A stretch of DNA of 20,136 nucleotides from Elusimicrobiota bacterium (GTDB lineage Bacteria > Elusimicrobiota > Elusimicrobia > UBA1565): the NCBI GenBank assembly GCA_043827405.1, contig JBDRPD010000047.1, forward strand, positions 1 through 20,136, read 5' to 3'. A program made the translations under genes and the position numbers. Positions 1-9,750 of this stretch are shown in pieces (position 1 is the first letter of the stretch; every line of letters starts with the position of its first letter). The notes under the pieces are model-generated. The model was not told the origin of the DNA, did no database searches, and saw only the letters and a program-made list of their open reading frames with translations.

Positions 1-479
1 CGCCGGCCCAAAGAAAAAGCCTTATGCAGCAGCCGCACGGCATTATCGGCATGCCGGCGGTCGATCACGCAGCAGATTTTTAGATCCGAAGTGCTGATCA
101 TGTGGATGTTGATGCGGCTCTTCGCCAGGGCATTGAACATCTTGGCCGCCACTTCCGGATGGCGTCGAAAGCCCGTGCCCACCGCCGTCAGCTTGACCAC
201 CTGATCGTGTACGTCCACGCGCTTGGCGCCCAGCTCTTTCTGCAGGCGCGTCAGCGCTTTCCTGGCCGCCGCGGTGTGGCAGCGCGGAGTCATGAAAGAG
301 ATGTCGTTGACGCCGTTCTGCGTGGGCGCCGACTGGATGATTAGATCGATCGGGATATCGCGCTTGGCCAGCGCGGTCAGGACTTTGGCGGCCACGCCGG
401 GCTTGTCCGGCACCTCCACGATGCTCAGGCGGACCTCGTCTTTATCTACGGCCAGACTGGAAACGTTGGCTTGCTCCAT
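1..479 (-). CDS. Putative aspartate kinase beta (regulatory) subunit from an in-frame internal start within lysC
   Basis: In-frame ATG at 479 (codon 251, MEQANVSSLAV) preceded by GGAGGGAAAG, just before the ACT domains, as in alpha2beta2 aspartokinases. Confidence 0.6.
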   Translation of the reverse strand, partial: MEQANVSSLAVDKDEVRLSIVEVPDKPGVAAKVLTALAKRDIPIDLIIQSAPTQNGVNDISFMTPRCHTAAARKALTRLQKELGAKRVDVHDQVVKLTAVGTGFRRHPEVAAKMFNALAKSRINIHMISTSDLKICCVIDRRHADNAVRLLHKAFSLGR

Positions 480-1229
480 CTTTCCCTCCGGAATAGGCTC
501 GATCCAGGTGCCGGGCACCGGGTAGAACGCCGAGCGGACATGGATGCGCACCCCGTGGCGCTTGGCCATTTCGATCGAGCGCGCCAGCATGACCTGGGCG
601 CCGGCCGACGAGAGCTCCAGCATCTCCTCGTAGGAGAGCCGCGCGATCTTGCGCGCCTGCGGGACCAGGCGCGGATCCGCGGTGTAGACGCCTTTGACGT
701 CGGTGTAGATCTCGCATTGGTCGGCTTTAAGGACCGCCGCCAGCGCCACCGCCGACAGGTCCGAGCCGCCGCGGCCCAGCGTAGTCAGCTCGCCGCGCGG
801 ATTGGCGGCTTGAAATCCCGCCACCGCCACGATCTTGCCTTCGTCGAGCTCGCGCAGGATATTGGACGGCTTGATATTGGTGATCATCGAGCGGGTATGG
901 TGCTCGTCGCCGTAGATCCCCGCCTGCGGGCCGGACAGCGAGATCGCCGGCGCGCCGCGCGACCAGCAGGCGATGGTGAACAGCGAGATGCCGACCAGCT
1001 CGCCGGTGGAAAGCAGGACGTCGAGCTCGCGCGCGTCCGGCGCGTCGTCGATGCGCTGGGCCAGGGCCGTCAGCTCGTCGGTCATCTGGCCGGGCGCCGA
1101 GACCACGACTACGACGCGGTGCCCGCGCTTGCGGGCGGCGACCGCGCGCTCGGCCGCGCGCTGGATCTTTTCGGGATCGGCGACCGAGGTGCCGCCGAAC
1201 TTCATGACCGTCAGCGGCGGCCGCTTCAT
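1..1229 (-). CDS. lysC: Aspartate kinase (alpha subunit), 3' end just outside the window
   Basis: Not in the ORF track; translated by hand from ATG 1229: [22 protein letters not shown]...VVVVSAPG.MTDEL...GFQAANPRGELTTLGRGGSDLSA...EIYTDVKGVYTADPR, then two ACT domains ending AVRLLHKAFSLGR. ATGA overlap with the thrB stop. Confidence 0.96.
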   Translation of the reverse strand, partial: MKRPPLTVMKFGGTSVADPEKIQRAAERAVAARKRGHRVVVVVSAPGQMTDELTALAQRIDDAPDARELDVLLSTGELVGISLFTIACWSRGAPAISLSGPQAGIYGDEHHTRSMITNIKPSNILRELDEGKIVAVAGFQAANPRGELTTLGRGGSDLSAVALAAVLKADQCEIYTDVKGVYTADPRLVPQARKIARLSYEEMLELSSAGAQVMLARSIEMAKRHGVRIHVRSAFYPVPGTWIEPIPEGKMEQANVSSLAVDKDEVRLSIVEVPDKPGVAAKVLTALAKRDIPIDLIIQSAPTQNGVNDISFMTPRCHTAAARKALTRLQKELGAKRVDVHDQVVKLTAVGTGFRRHPEVAAKMFNALAKSRINIHMISTSDLKICCVIDRRHADNAVRLLHKAFSLGR

Positions 1230-2155
1230 CGCGACGCCCTCACGCGCGCGCCCGCATTATCGACGCCCAGCACGAGCGCGCGGCTGGCCATGCCGCGGCG
1301 GGCGAATGCGCGGCACATCGCTTCGGCGGCACGGCGGCCGGCGCGTTCGCCGCCGGCGAAGGCGAGGACCGTGGGCCCGGAGCCCGAGAGCGCGGCGCCT
1401 AGGGCGCCGGCGCGCTCGGCGGCCGCGATGGCGGCGTCCATGCCGGGCACCAGCCGCTTGCGGTAGGGCTGATGCAGAACATCGCGCATCGCGGTGCGCA
1501 ACAGCTCGAGGCGCCCCTGGGTCATGGCCGCGACCAGCAGGGCCAGCCGCGAGGAGGTGAAGACGGCATCGGCGAGCGTCACCCGCTTGGGCATGAGCCG
1601 CCGCGCTTTTTCGGTCGAGACCTCGATGGCCGGGATGCAGAGCGCGGCCGTCAGCCCGCGAGGCGGCTTGAGCCGGAAGTACTCGATATTTCCCCGCTCA
1701 ACGACCGAGCCGCATAGGCCGCCGAAAAAGGCCGGGACCGCGTTGTCCGGATGGCCTTCCATTGCGCAAGCTTTGGTGACGGCTTGGCCGAAGGGCGGCT
1801 TGCCGGACTTGAGCGCCGTCGCCGCCAGCAGGCCCGCGAGCCGCGCGGCGGCGCTTGATCCCAGGCCGCGGCACAGCGGGATGCGGTTGACCATGCGGAA
1901 GCGCAGATTATGCCGCGGCAAACGCTTGGGGATGAGCGCGCGGAAAGAGCGGACGACGAGATTGCGGCTGCTGCGCGGCAGCGTCTCGGCGCCCTCGCCG
2001 GTGATGTCGACGCGAACCTCGCCCCAGCCGGGCTCGCAGGTCAGCTCCAGTTCATTGTAGAGCTTGAGCGCCATGCCGAGCACATCGAAGCCCGGGCCGA
2101 GGTTGCTTGTGGTCGCGGGTACGCGGACGCGGATTTTAGTTTTCTTGTCAGCCAC
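1226..2155 (-). CDS. thrB: Homoserine kinase
   Basis: [17 protein letters not shown] motif [29 protein letters not shown] start with AGGAG 5 nt upstream. Confidence 0.97.
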   Translation of the reverse strand: MADKKTKIRVRVPATTSNLGPGFDVLGMALKLYNELELTCEPGWGEVRVDITGEGAETLPRSSRNLVVRSFRALIPKRLPRHNLRFRMVNRIPLCRGLGSSAAARLAGLLAATALKSGKPPFGQAVTKACAMEGHPDNAVPAFFGGLCGSVVERGNIEYFRLKPPRGLTAALCIPAIEVSTEKARRLMPKRVTLADAVFTSSRLALLVAAMTQGRLELLRTAMRDVLHQPYRKRLVPGMDAAIAAAERAGALGAALSGSGPTVLAFAGGERAGRRAAEAMCRAFARRGMASRALVLGVDNAGARVRASR

Positions 2156-3233
2156 GGATGCTCCTGAGAATCCGGCGCAGGGCGCCGAGTTCGGGACGGA
2201 TGGTCGCGATCCGGCGCGAAATCTTCTTGGGCGTGTCGGGGTCCTTCAACCCGCTGCCGGTGAGGATGCAGACGACGCGCAGCCGCTTTTTGGTAATTTT
2301 CCGGAAGCCGCCGCCGGCGGCGAATTTAATCAGACCGGCGACGCCGGCGGCGCTTGCGGGTTCGCAGAATACGCCTTCCTGTTCGGCCAGGAAGCGGTAG
2401 GCGGCGAGAATTTCACGGTCGGTCACTTTGCCGATCATCCCGCCGCTTTGGTCGCGCGCTTCCTCAGCCAGGCTCCACGATACGGGATTGCCGATGCGGA
2501 TGGCGCTGGCGATCGTGCGCGGCCGGGCCACTGGGCGGCCTAAAACGATGGGCGCGGCACCCGCCGCCTGCCAGCCCATCATGCGCGGCAGGCCCAAGCG
2601 GCTGTTCTGGTTTGCTTCGCGGTAGCCCATCCAGTAGGCCGTGATATTGCCGGCATTGCCCACCGGCAGAAACTGATAATCCGGCGCGCGGCCGAGCTCT
2701 TCGATGATCTCGAAGGCGGCCGTTTTCTGGCCCTGCAGCCGGTAGGGGTTGGTGGAATTAACCAGGACCCAGCCGTCCTGGCCGGCGAGCGCGCGCGCCG
2801 CCTCCAGGGCTTGGTCGAAGCTGCCGCGGACCGAGATGACTTTAGCGCCGTGCATCAGCGACTGCGTCAGCTTACCGAGAGCCACGCCGCCCGCGGGCAG
2901 CAGCACCGCGCACGGCAGTCCGGCGCGCGCCGCGTAGGCGGCGGCGGAAGCGGCGGTATTGCCGGTGGAGGCGCAGAGCACGCCGCGCGCCCCGTCCTCC
3001 AAGGCTTTGGATATGGCCAAGGTCATGCCGCGGTCCTTGAAGGAGCCCGTGGGGTTGGCGCCCTCGATCTTGAGGCGTACCGCCTCCTCGGGCAGGCGCA
3101 AGTGAGCGGCCAGACGCGGCGCCGCCGTCAGCGGCGTACCGCCCTCGAGTAAAGTGACGATCGGGGTTCGGCGCGAGACCGGAAGCCGGCTGCGGTATTT
3201 TTCGATCAGGCCGCGGTTCATGCTTGCGCTCAT
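2148..3233 (-). CDS. thrC: Threonine synthase
   Basis: PLP-lysine motif [40 protein letters not shown] overlap with the hom stop (alternative start ATG 3221). Confidence 0.97.
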   Translation of the reverse strand: MSASMNRGLIEKYRSRLPVSRRTPIVTLLEGGTPLTAAPRLAAHLRLPEEAVRLKIEGANPTGSFKDRGMTLAISKALEDGARGVLCASTGNTAASAAAYAARAGLPCAVLLPAGGVALGKLTQSLMHGAKVISVRGSFDQALEAARALAGQDGWVLVNSTNPYRLQGQKTAAFEIIEELGRAPDYQFLPVGNAGNITAYWMGYREANQNSRLGLPRMMGWQAAGAAPIVLGRPVARPRTIASAIRIGNPVSWSLAEEARDQSGGMIGKVTDREILAAYRFLAEQEGVFCEPASAAGVAGLIKFAAGGGFRKITKKRLRVVCILTGSGLKDPDTPKKISRRIATIRPELGALRRILRSIRG

Positions 3234-4564
3234 CCCGGCAGGAAGCGCAGGCAGGTATGCCGGCGCGCGACGGTGGAAAGACGCGTGACGGCGCGCCGCG
3301 CCTGGTCGATCCGGGCCCGGCTCGTCGCATGGGTCGTTATCATGACCGGAACCGCGCGTCCGGGACGGCTTGGACCGGGCTGATGAATGGCGGCGATGGA
3401 GATGCCGTTTTTGCCGAGGATTCCCGTGATCCGGGACAGCGCGCCGGGGACATCGCGAACCCGGAGCTTTAAATAGTAGGACGAGTCCGATTCCGGGACA
3501 TGGCGTGGTGCGGCGGCGCGTGGGCCGAGTGCCGGCGCGCCGCCGCTGGCGGCGCCGGTAATAATCCGGCCCAGCGCCAGGATGTCGCCGACGACGGCGC
3601 TGGCGGCGGGGCCCGGGCCGGCGCCCTTGCCGTAGAACATTAGGTCCTCCGCCGAGGAGGTATGGACGAGCACGGCGTTGTAGCCGCCGTGCACGGCGGC
3701 CAGCGGATGCTTGAAGCGGAGCAAAGTCGGCTGGACATGGGTTTCAAGGCGGAGCGGCCGCGTTTTCCAATCGATGCCCACGGTGCCGACCAAGCGCACG
3801 GTATGGCCGAGGCGTTCGACCGCGAAGCGCATATCTTCCGCTGCCAAATCCTCGATGCCTTGGCGCGGGATGCGGTCGGCGGAGACGGCGCGGCCGGTCA
3901 AAAGCGAGGCGATAATGGCGACCTTGTGCATGGTATCGCTGCCGTCGAGATCGAGCGTCGGGTTCCGCTCGGCCATGCCCAGGCGTTGGGCTTCGCGCAG
4001 CGCCGTCCGCATCTCGCAGCCCTCGTGCGCCATCTGCGAGAGGATGTAGTTGGTGGTGCCGTTGAATATCCCATAGACCGACGAGATGCTGTTGGCCGCC
4101 AGTCCCACGCGCAGCGCCGACAAGATCGGGATACCGCCGGCCACCGCCGCTTCGAAGTAGATGCGCCGTTGCGCCCGGTTCGCCGCGCCGAACACCTCGT
4201 CCCAGTGCCTGGACAGGAGGTGCTTGTTCGCGGTGACGACGTGCTTGCCGCCGGCCAGCGCGCCCAGCACCAGCCGGCGCGCGTCGCGCAGGCCGCCGAA
4301 GAGCTCAACGATAATATCTATGTCGGGATCATCGAGCAGGGCGGAGTAGGAGCGCAGGCGCCGCACCGACTTCGGCAGGCCCAGCTGCCGCGCCTTGCGT
4401 TCGGCGGCGAGATCGCAGACCGCGGCCAGCCGCACCGGTGCGCCGGCCGCCGCCGCATTGGCGCGGGCGCGGTTATTGAGCAGCCGCGCGGTTTCGCGGC
4501 CGACATGGCCCAGGCCCGCCACGGCGACGCGTATGGCTTGGTTTTTCCTCGATTTTCCGCTCAC
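3230..4564 (-). CDS. hom: Homoserine dehydrogenase with C-terminal ACT domain
   Basis: Rossmann [39 protein letters not shown] segment [20 protein letters not shown] start. Confidence 0.96.
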   Translation of the reverse strand: MSGKSRKNQAIRVAVAGLGHVGRETARLLNNRARANAAAAGAPVRLAAVCDLAAERKARQLGLPKSVRRLRSYSALLDDPDIDIIVELFGGLRDARRLVLGALAGGKHVVTANKHLLSRHWDEVFGAANRAQRRIYFEAAVAGGIPILSALRVGLAANSISSVYGIFNGTTNYILSQMAHEGCEMRTALREAQRLGMAERNPTLDLDGSDTMHKVAIIASLLTGRAVSADRIPRQGIEDLAAEDMRFAVERLGHTVRLVGTVGIDWKTRPLRLETHVQPTLLRFKHPLAAVHGGYNAVLVHTSSAEDLMFYGKGAGPGPAASAVVGDILALGRIITGAASGGAPALGPRAAAPRHVPESDSSYYLKLRVRDVPGALSRITGILGKNGISIAAIHQPGPSRPGRAVPVMITTHATSRARIDQARRAVTRLSTVARRHTCLRFLPG

Positions 4565-4571
4565 GGAGCAC

Positions 4572-4580
4572 AGTCTAACA
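4572..4580 (-). promoter_or_regulatory. Extended -10 element (TGtTAGACT), probable leaderless hom transcript
   Basis: Minus strand reads TGTTAGACT, 7 nt, then the hom GTG; no Shine-Dalgarno and no clear -35. Confidence 0.6.
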
Positions 4581-4583
4581 AAA

Positions 4584-4592
4584 TGGTAGAAT
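4584..4592 (+). promoter_or_regulatory. Extended -10 element (TGgTAGAAT) for the secA operon
   Basis: TGGTAGAAT ends 21 nt before the secA ATG at 4614; no clear -35. Confidence 0.6.
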
Positions 4593-4613
4593 GGCTGACG
4601 AAGGGTTTTTGCG

Positions 4614-7328
4614 ATGATAGGAATTGAGGAAATTTTTTATAAGTTTTTCGGCACTCCCAGCGAGCGCCGGCTCAAGCGGCTGCAGCCTTATGTGGACCGT
4701 ATCGCCGAGCTCGAAACCGAGATGGAGGCGCTGCCGCCCGAAGCCTTCCCGGAAAAGACGCAGGAGTTCAAGCAGCGTTTGGCGCACAGCCTGTCATCGC
4801 TGGATGCGGATATCGATAAGGCGGAGCGGCAGAAGGTGGTCAACGCCGCCCTGTGGGAACTGCTGCCCGAAGCCTTCGCCCTGGTCCGCGAGGCGGCCAA
4901 GCGGACGATCGGCCTGCGCCACTATGACGTGCAGCTGCTCGGCGGCATGGTCATTCACGACGGCGGCAACGTCGAGATGCGCACCGGCGAAGGCAAGACT
5001 CTGGTCGCCACCTGCCCGGTCTATCTCAACGCCCTGACCGGCCGGGGCGTGCATCTGGTCACCGTCAACGACTACCTGGCCGAGCGCGACCGCGACTGGA
5101 TGAAGCCGGTCTATGAGTACTGCGGCATGACCGTCGGTTTCGTCCATCATGACATGGACGGCGCCGACCGGCGCCTGAACTACGGCTACGACATCACTTA
5201 TGTCACCAACAACGAGATCGGCTTTGACTATCTGCGCGACAATATGGCGCGCAGCCCCGGCGAGCGCGTGCTGCGTCCCGTCCACTTCGCCATCGTCGAC
5301 GAGGTGGACTCGATCCTGATCGACGAGGCCCGCACCCCGCTGATCATCTCGGGACCGACCGAGGAAAAGACCGACCGCTACGTCACGATCAACAAGATTA
5401 TCCCGCAGCTTAAGGTCCGCAAGATCACCGAGGAGGATGAGGTCCAGGCCAAGTACTCCGGCGAGGATCTGGGCCTGGGCTACGACGCCACCATCGACGA
5501 GAAGAACCATACCGCCGTCCTTACCGATCAGGGCATCGCCAAGGCCGAGAAGATGCTCAACCTGGAGAACCTCTACGACGACCTTGACGGCCAGTGGGTG
5601 CACCATATCACCCAGGCCTTGCGCGCGCATCACCTCTACCGGCGCGACGTCGACTACGTAGTCAAGGAAGGCGAGATTATTATCGTTGATGAGTTTACCG
5701 GCCGCCTGATGCCGGGGCGGCGCTGGTCCGAGGGCCTGCATCAGGCGGTGGAAGCCAAAGAGTATATCCCGCCGCGCGAAGAGAACCAGACTTTGGCCAC
5801 TATTACGTTCCAGAACTTCTTTAAGATGTACGACAAGCTCGCGGGCATGACCGGCACGGCGATGACCGAGGCCGCCGAGTTCATGGAGATCTACAAGCTC
5901 GACGTCGTCGATATCCCGACCAACCGGCCGAATGTCCGCATCGATCAGCCCGATGTCGTGTATCTCAACCAGCGGGGCAAGTGGCGGGCGATCGTCAGCG
6001 ATATTGAGGCCAGCTGGAAGCAGGCGCGGCCGATGCTGGTCGGCACGCGCTCGATCGAAAAATCGGAAAAGCTCTCCATGATGCTGCGCGAAAAGGGCAT
6101 CCCGCACCGGGTGCTTAACGCCAAGTACCACGAGCAGGAGGCCGAGATCATCGCCCAGGCGGGCAGCAAGGGCACGGTCACCATTGCGACCAATATGGCC
6201 GGCCGCGGCACCGACATCGTGCTCGGCGGCAGCCCGCCGGACGCGGCCAACCAGAAGGCGGTTATCGAGGCGGGCGGCCTTTACGTCATCTGCACCGAGC
6301 GGCACGAAGCGCGGCGCATCGACAACCAGCTGCGCGGCCGCTGCGCGCGCCAGGGCGACCCCGGCGAGACGCGCTTTTATCTAGCCCTCGACGACGAGTT
6401 GATGCGCATGTTCGGCTCCGAGCGCATTATGGGGATGATGGAGAAGTTCGGCATGACGGAGGATGAGCCGATCGAGTCCCCGCTTGTCTCCCGTCAGATC
6501 GAAGGCGCCCAGCGCCGCGTCGAGACCCATAACTTCGATATCCGCAAGCAGCTGCTCGAGTTCGACAACGTCATGAACAAGCAGCGCGAGGTCATTTACG
6601 GCCTGCGCAACTACGCGCTGGACACCGAGGATATCTCGCAGCGCGTTCACCAGATGATGGACGACGACCTGGAGGACCGGCTCGCGGTTTGGGCGCCCAA
6701 GGGCGCCTATCAGGAAAAGTGGGATATGGTGGCGCTGTCGGCCTTCCTCAAGCGGGTCTACGGTATCGAGTACGCGCTGACGCAGGATGAGCTTTTCAAG
6801 TACGACCAGGAATCCCTGCATAAAGAGGTCCAAGAGAAAATCCGCGCCGCCTACGAGAAGCGGCAGAGCGGAGAGTTCGAGGGCTATGACTTCAAGGAAA
6901 TCGAAAGGATGGTGCTCCTGCAGGTTATCGACAAGGCCTGGAAAAACCATCTCTATGACCTCGACCATATGCGCAAGTACATCCATTTGCGGGCTTATGG
7001 ACAGAAGGACCCGAAGCGCGAGTACCAGAAGGAGTCGTTCGAGCTTTTTCAGGTCATGCTCGACCACATCCGCCAGCAGACTATCGAGTTCCTGTTCCGC
7101 ATCCAGGCGCCGCGCCAGCCGGTTCCGCTCGCCAGGGTCCGCGCCGTGAAGCCGGAACCGGGGGCCGCCGATTCCGCCGACGCGTCCGCGGCGCCCGCCG
7201 CGCAGTCCAAGCTGCTCAAGTCATCCTCGTCGGAGGCCGCCCCCGTCGCAACGGTAAAAAAGATCGGCCGCAACAGTTCCTGTCCCTGCGGAAGCGGCAA
7301 GAAGTACAAGAAGTGCTGCGGAAAATAG
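4614..7328 (+). CDS. secA: Preprotein translocase ATPase SecA
   Basis: MRTGEGKT, IVDEVDSILIDEARTPLIISG, ATNMAGRGTDI, RRIDNQLRGR, C-terminal SEC-C motif CPCGSGKKYKKCC. Confidence 0.99.
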   Translation: MIGIEEIFYKFFGTPSERRLKRLQPYVDRIAELETEMEALPPEAFPEKTQEFKQRLAHSLSSLDADIDKAERQKVVNAALWELLPEAFALVREAAKRTIGLRHYDVQLLGGMVIHDGGNVEMRTGEGKTLVATCPVYLNALTGRGVHLVTVNDYLAERDRDWMKPVYEYCGMTVGFVHHDMDGADRRLNYGYDITYVTNNEIGFDYLRDNMARSPGERVLRPVHFAIVDEVDSILIDEARTPLIISGPTEEKTDRYVTINKIIPQLKVRKITEEDEVQAKYSGEDLGLGYDATIDEKNHTAVLTDQGIAKAEKMLNLENLYDDLDGQWVHHITQALRAHHLYRRDVDYVVKEGEIIIVDEFTGRLMPGRRWSEGLHQAVEAKEYIPPREENQTLATITFQNFFKMYDKLAGMTGTAMTEAAEFMEIYKLDVVDIPTNRPNVRIDQPDVVYLNQRGKWRAIVSDIEASWKQARPMLVGTRSIEKSEKLSMMLREKGIPHRVLNAKYHEQEAEIIAQAGSKGTVTIATNMAGRGTDIVLGGSPPDAANQKAVIEAGGLYVICTERHEARRIDNQLRGRCARQGDPGETRFYLALDDELMRMFGSERIMGMMEKFGMTEDEPIESPLVSRQIEGAQRRVETHNFDIRKQLLEFDNVMNKQREVIYGLRNYALDTEDISQRVHQMMDDDLEDRLAVWAPKGAYQEKWDMVALSAFLKRVYGIEYALTQDELFKYDQESLHKEVQEKIRAAYEKRQSGEFEGYDFKEIERMVLLQVIDKAWKNHLYDLDHMRKYIHLRAYGQKDPKREYQKESFELFQVMLDHIRQQTIEFLFRIQAPRQPVPLARVRAVKPEPGAADSADASAAPAAQSKLLKSSSSEAAPVATVKKIGRNSSCPCGSGKKYKKCCGK

Positions 7329-8851
7329 GCCGCGCACAAGCCTTCCTGAGCCTTGCCTCCGGCGCCGCGCTCGCGCTGTGCCTGCCCAAGCCCGGCTTGT
7401 GCCTGCTCGCCTGGATCGCGCCGGCCTTCCTGCTGTTTTTCGCGAGCCGCGCCGCGAGCGCGGGAGCGGCCGCCGTTCTGGGCGCGCTGTTCGGCTACGC
7501 ATACTGTCTGGTCTCGCTGTTTTGGATTTACTCGACTTGCCGTTTCGCGGGAGTGCCATTCCCGTTGGCGGTGCTGGTGGTAAATGCGCTGGCGGCTTTT
7601 CTGGCCGTCAACTGGGCGCTTTATGGCGCGGCGGTTCGCTGGACCGGCGAGAAGTTGCCGGCAGCCGCGCTCCCCTGGGCCTGGGCCGCGCTATGGGCGG
7701 CGCTTGAGTCCGCCAGCGCGCACTGGACTCCGCGCGTGGGCGTCGATCTCCTGGCTTATACGCAGTACCGCTTCCTGTATCTGATCCAGATCGGCGCGCT
7801 TCTCGGCCCCCATGCCTTGGGTTTCGCGATCATGCTGTGGAACGGTGCTCTGGTGGAGTTCTTTTGCGGTACCCGGGATATCCGCTATCGGCGGAACCTC
7901 GCGGCTGCCGGAGCGCTGGTCGTTCTGTTCGGCGCCTATGGCGCGGCCGTGCTGGCCTCCCGGCAAAGCGATGCCGGCACTGCGGGCGGAGTTCGCGTCG
8001 AGATTTTGCAGCCGAATATCGATCAATACCAGAAGTGGGACGAGAACTACGAGCTCGCTATCCGCAGCATCTTTAACGACCTGCTGGATCGCCGGCGGGA
8101 GGGCGCGCCCGGCCTCGTCGTTTGGCCCGAATCCGCTCTGCCCGGCTGGCTGGACGATCCGCGTAATCCCCGCTGGGCGTCGTCGTGGGCGCAGAAGCTC
8201 GGGGCGCCGATGCTCGTTGGCGCCGTATCCGAGCAGATCGCGGGCAAGCGCAACCTGGCGGTGTTCTTCGGCGCCGACGGCGCCGCCGCCGGCTACTACC
8301 ACAAGCGCCGGCTGGTTCCGTTCGGCGAGTTCGTGCCGCTGCGCGGACTGCTTGAGGGCTGGATCGGTATTCTCGCGCAGATGGGGGATTTTGACGCCGG
8401 CACCAGCCGGCAGCCGCTGTTGGAGGCCGCCGGCCTGCGCCTGGCGGCCAATATCTGCTACGAGGCGGTGTTTCCGCATCTCCTGCGGCTCGACAGCGCC
8501 CGCGGCGCCCGCGTCTTCGTTAATCTGACCAACGACGGCTGGTACAAGGACACGGCGGGCCCGCACCAGCATTTTTACACCAATATGTTTCGCGCCGTGG
8601 AGAACCGGGTGACGGTTCTGCGCGCGGCGAATACCGGCATCTCAGGGGCGATCGACCCTTACGGCGTCGTCTTGGCGCGTACCGAACTGGGGGCACGTAC
8701 GCGGCTTGACCTGCGCTTACCCGCCGGCGATCCGTTTCCGCGCGGCTCGCTGTTCTCGCGCACCGGCGATGTTTTCGGCTTCGCCTGCATGTTCGCCGCC
8801 GTTATGATCTTCGCCTGGCCCGCGCTGGCGGCGCGCCGCCGCCGCAAGTGA
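7313..8851 (+). CDS. lnt: Apolipoprotein N-acyltransferase
   Basis: Multi-TM N-terminus plus nitrilase domain with triad motifs VWPES, HKRRLVPFGE, ICYE; also QPNI, NLTNDGWY, RAVEN, ANTGIS. GTG start overlaps the secA end by 16 nt (exact start uncertain). Confidence 0.95.
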   Translation: MLRKIGRAQAFLSLASGAALALCLPKPGLCLLAWIAPAFLLFFASRAASAGAAAVLGALFGYAYCLVSLFWIYSTCRFAGVPFPLAVLVVNALAAFLAVNWALYGAAVRWTGEKLPAAALPWAWAALWAALESASAHWTPRVGVDLLAYTQYRFLYLIQIGALLGPHALGFAIMLWNGALVEFFCGTRDIRYRRNLAAAGALVVLFGAYGAAVLASRQSDAGTAGGVRVEILQPNIDQYQKWDENYELAIRSIFNDLLDRRREGAPGLVVWPESALPGWLDDPRNPRWASSWAQKLGAPMLVGAVSEQIAGKRNLAVFFGADGAAAGYYHKRRLVPFGEFVPLRGLLEGWIGILAQMGDFDAGTSRQPLLEAAGLRLAANICYEAVFPHLLRLDSARGARVFVNLTNDGWYKDTAGPHQHFYTNMFRAVENRVTVLRAANTGISGAIDPYGVVLARTELGARTRLDLRLPAGDPFPRGSLFSRTGDVFGFACMFAAVMIFAWPALAARRRRK

Positions 8852-9750
8852 AGCTGTTTTATTCCCCCGAGTACGAGGCGGATATCGGCGACCATGTGTT
8901 CCCGACGCGCAAGTTCGGCCTGGTCGCGGCCAGGTTCGCCGGCGCCCTCGATATCGCGGATCCAGGGCCGGCGCCGCGCGCGGACCTGGAGCTGGCGCAT
9001 ACGCGGGAATGGGTGGCGAAGATTCTTGACGGCGGTGCGACTTTGGATGATGAGATGCGCATGGAGATGCCCTGGTCGCAAGAGCTCGCGCGCTCGCATG
9101 TCGTGCAGGTCGCCGGGACTTATGCAGCCGGCCGCGAGGCGCTGGCGACGGGCCTCGGGCTGCATGCCGGCGGCGGCTCGCACCACGCTTTCGCCGGGCA
9201 CGGCGAGGGCTTCTGCGTGTTCAATGATCTGGCCTGCGCGCTGCTTAAGCTGCGGCGCGAGGGCCGCCTGGAGCGCGCCGCGGTCATCGACCTGGACGTC
9301 CATCAGGGCAATGGGACCGCGGCGATTCTCGCGCCGCACGCGGATCTCGCGACGTTCTCCATGCACCAGGAGGATATCTATCCCCTGCACAAGCCGTCGA
9401 GTTCGCGTGATATCGGCCTGCCGGCGGGGACAACCGACGATAAATATCTTAAACTCTTAGCGGCGGAGCTGGACCCGTTTCTGGAAGAATATGCCCCCCA
9501 GCTGGTGTTGTATCAGGCGGGGGTGGACTGCTGGGAGGGGGACGTTCTGGGGGGGCTGCGGCTCACACGCGCGGGCGTCGCGGCTCGCGATGAGCGGGTG
9601 TTTGCGGCGTGTTTTTCGCGCGGCATCCCCGCAGCGGTGACTCTCGGCGGCGGCTATGCCGCCCAGCTCGAGGATACGGTCGGCCTGCACGCGGCGACGT
9701 TCGCGGCCGCGATGGAGTGCCGGCGGAGGCAATGGCGTGACGGAACCTGA
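8848..9750 (+). CDS. Zn-dependent histone deacetylase family protein (class IV/HDAC11-like)
   Basis: [43 protein letters not shown] overlap with the lnt stop. Confidence 0.93.
   Translation: MKLFYSPEYEADIGDHVFPTRKFGLVAARFAGALDIADPGPAPRADLELAHTREWVAKILDGGATLDDEMRMEMPWSQELARSHVVQVAGTYAAGREALATGLGLHAGGGSHHAFAGHGEGFCVFNDLACALLKLRREGRLERAAVIDLDVHQGNGTAAILAPHADLATFSMHQEDIYPLHKPSSSRDIGLPAGTTDDKYLKLLAAELDPFLEEYAPQLVLYQAGVDCWEGDVLGGLRLTRAGVAARDERVFAACFSRGIPAAVTLGGGYAAQLEDTVGLHAATFAAAMECRRRQWRDGT

Noticed and set aside
102..2167. Long plus-strand ORFs opposite lysC and thrB (e.g. 471-1466, 973-1560)
   Set aside because: Antisense shadows of GC-rich coding sequence with no recognisable motifs.
5412..5489. 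Acidic insertion in SecA (KVRKITEEDEVQAKYSGEDLGLGYD)
   Set aside because: Falls in a loop of variable length among SecA proteins; no intein or splice-junction motifs.
4794..7067. 503-aa and 228-aa ORFs antisense to secA
   Set aside because: Codon-mirror shadow ORFs of a conserved gene.
9656..9736. ORF-track N-terminal extension of prfB
   Set aside because: Lies within the deacetylase gene; GTG 9737 has a well-spaced GGAGG and gives a normal RF2 length.
9732..9741. Mini-ORF ATG-GCG-TGA-C over the prfB start as a replacement RF2 sensor
   Set aside because: The SD is only 2 nt from this ATG, and reaching the prfB frame needs -1 or +2 rather than +1; probably chance.
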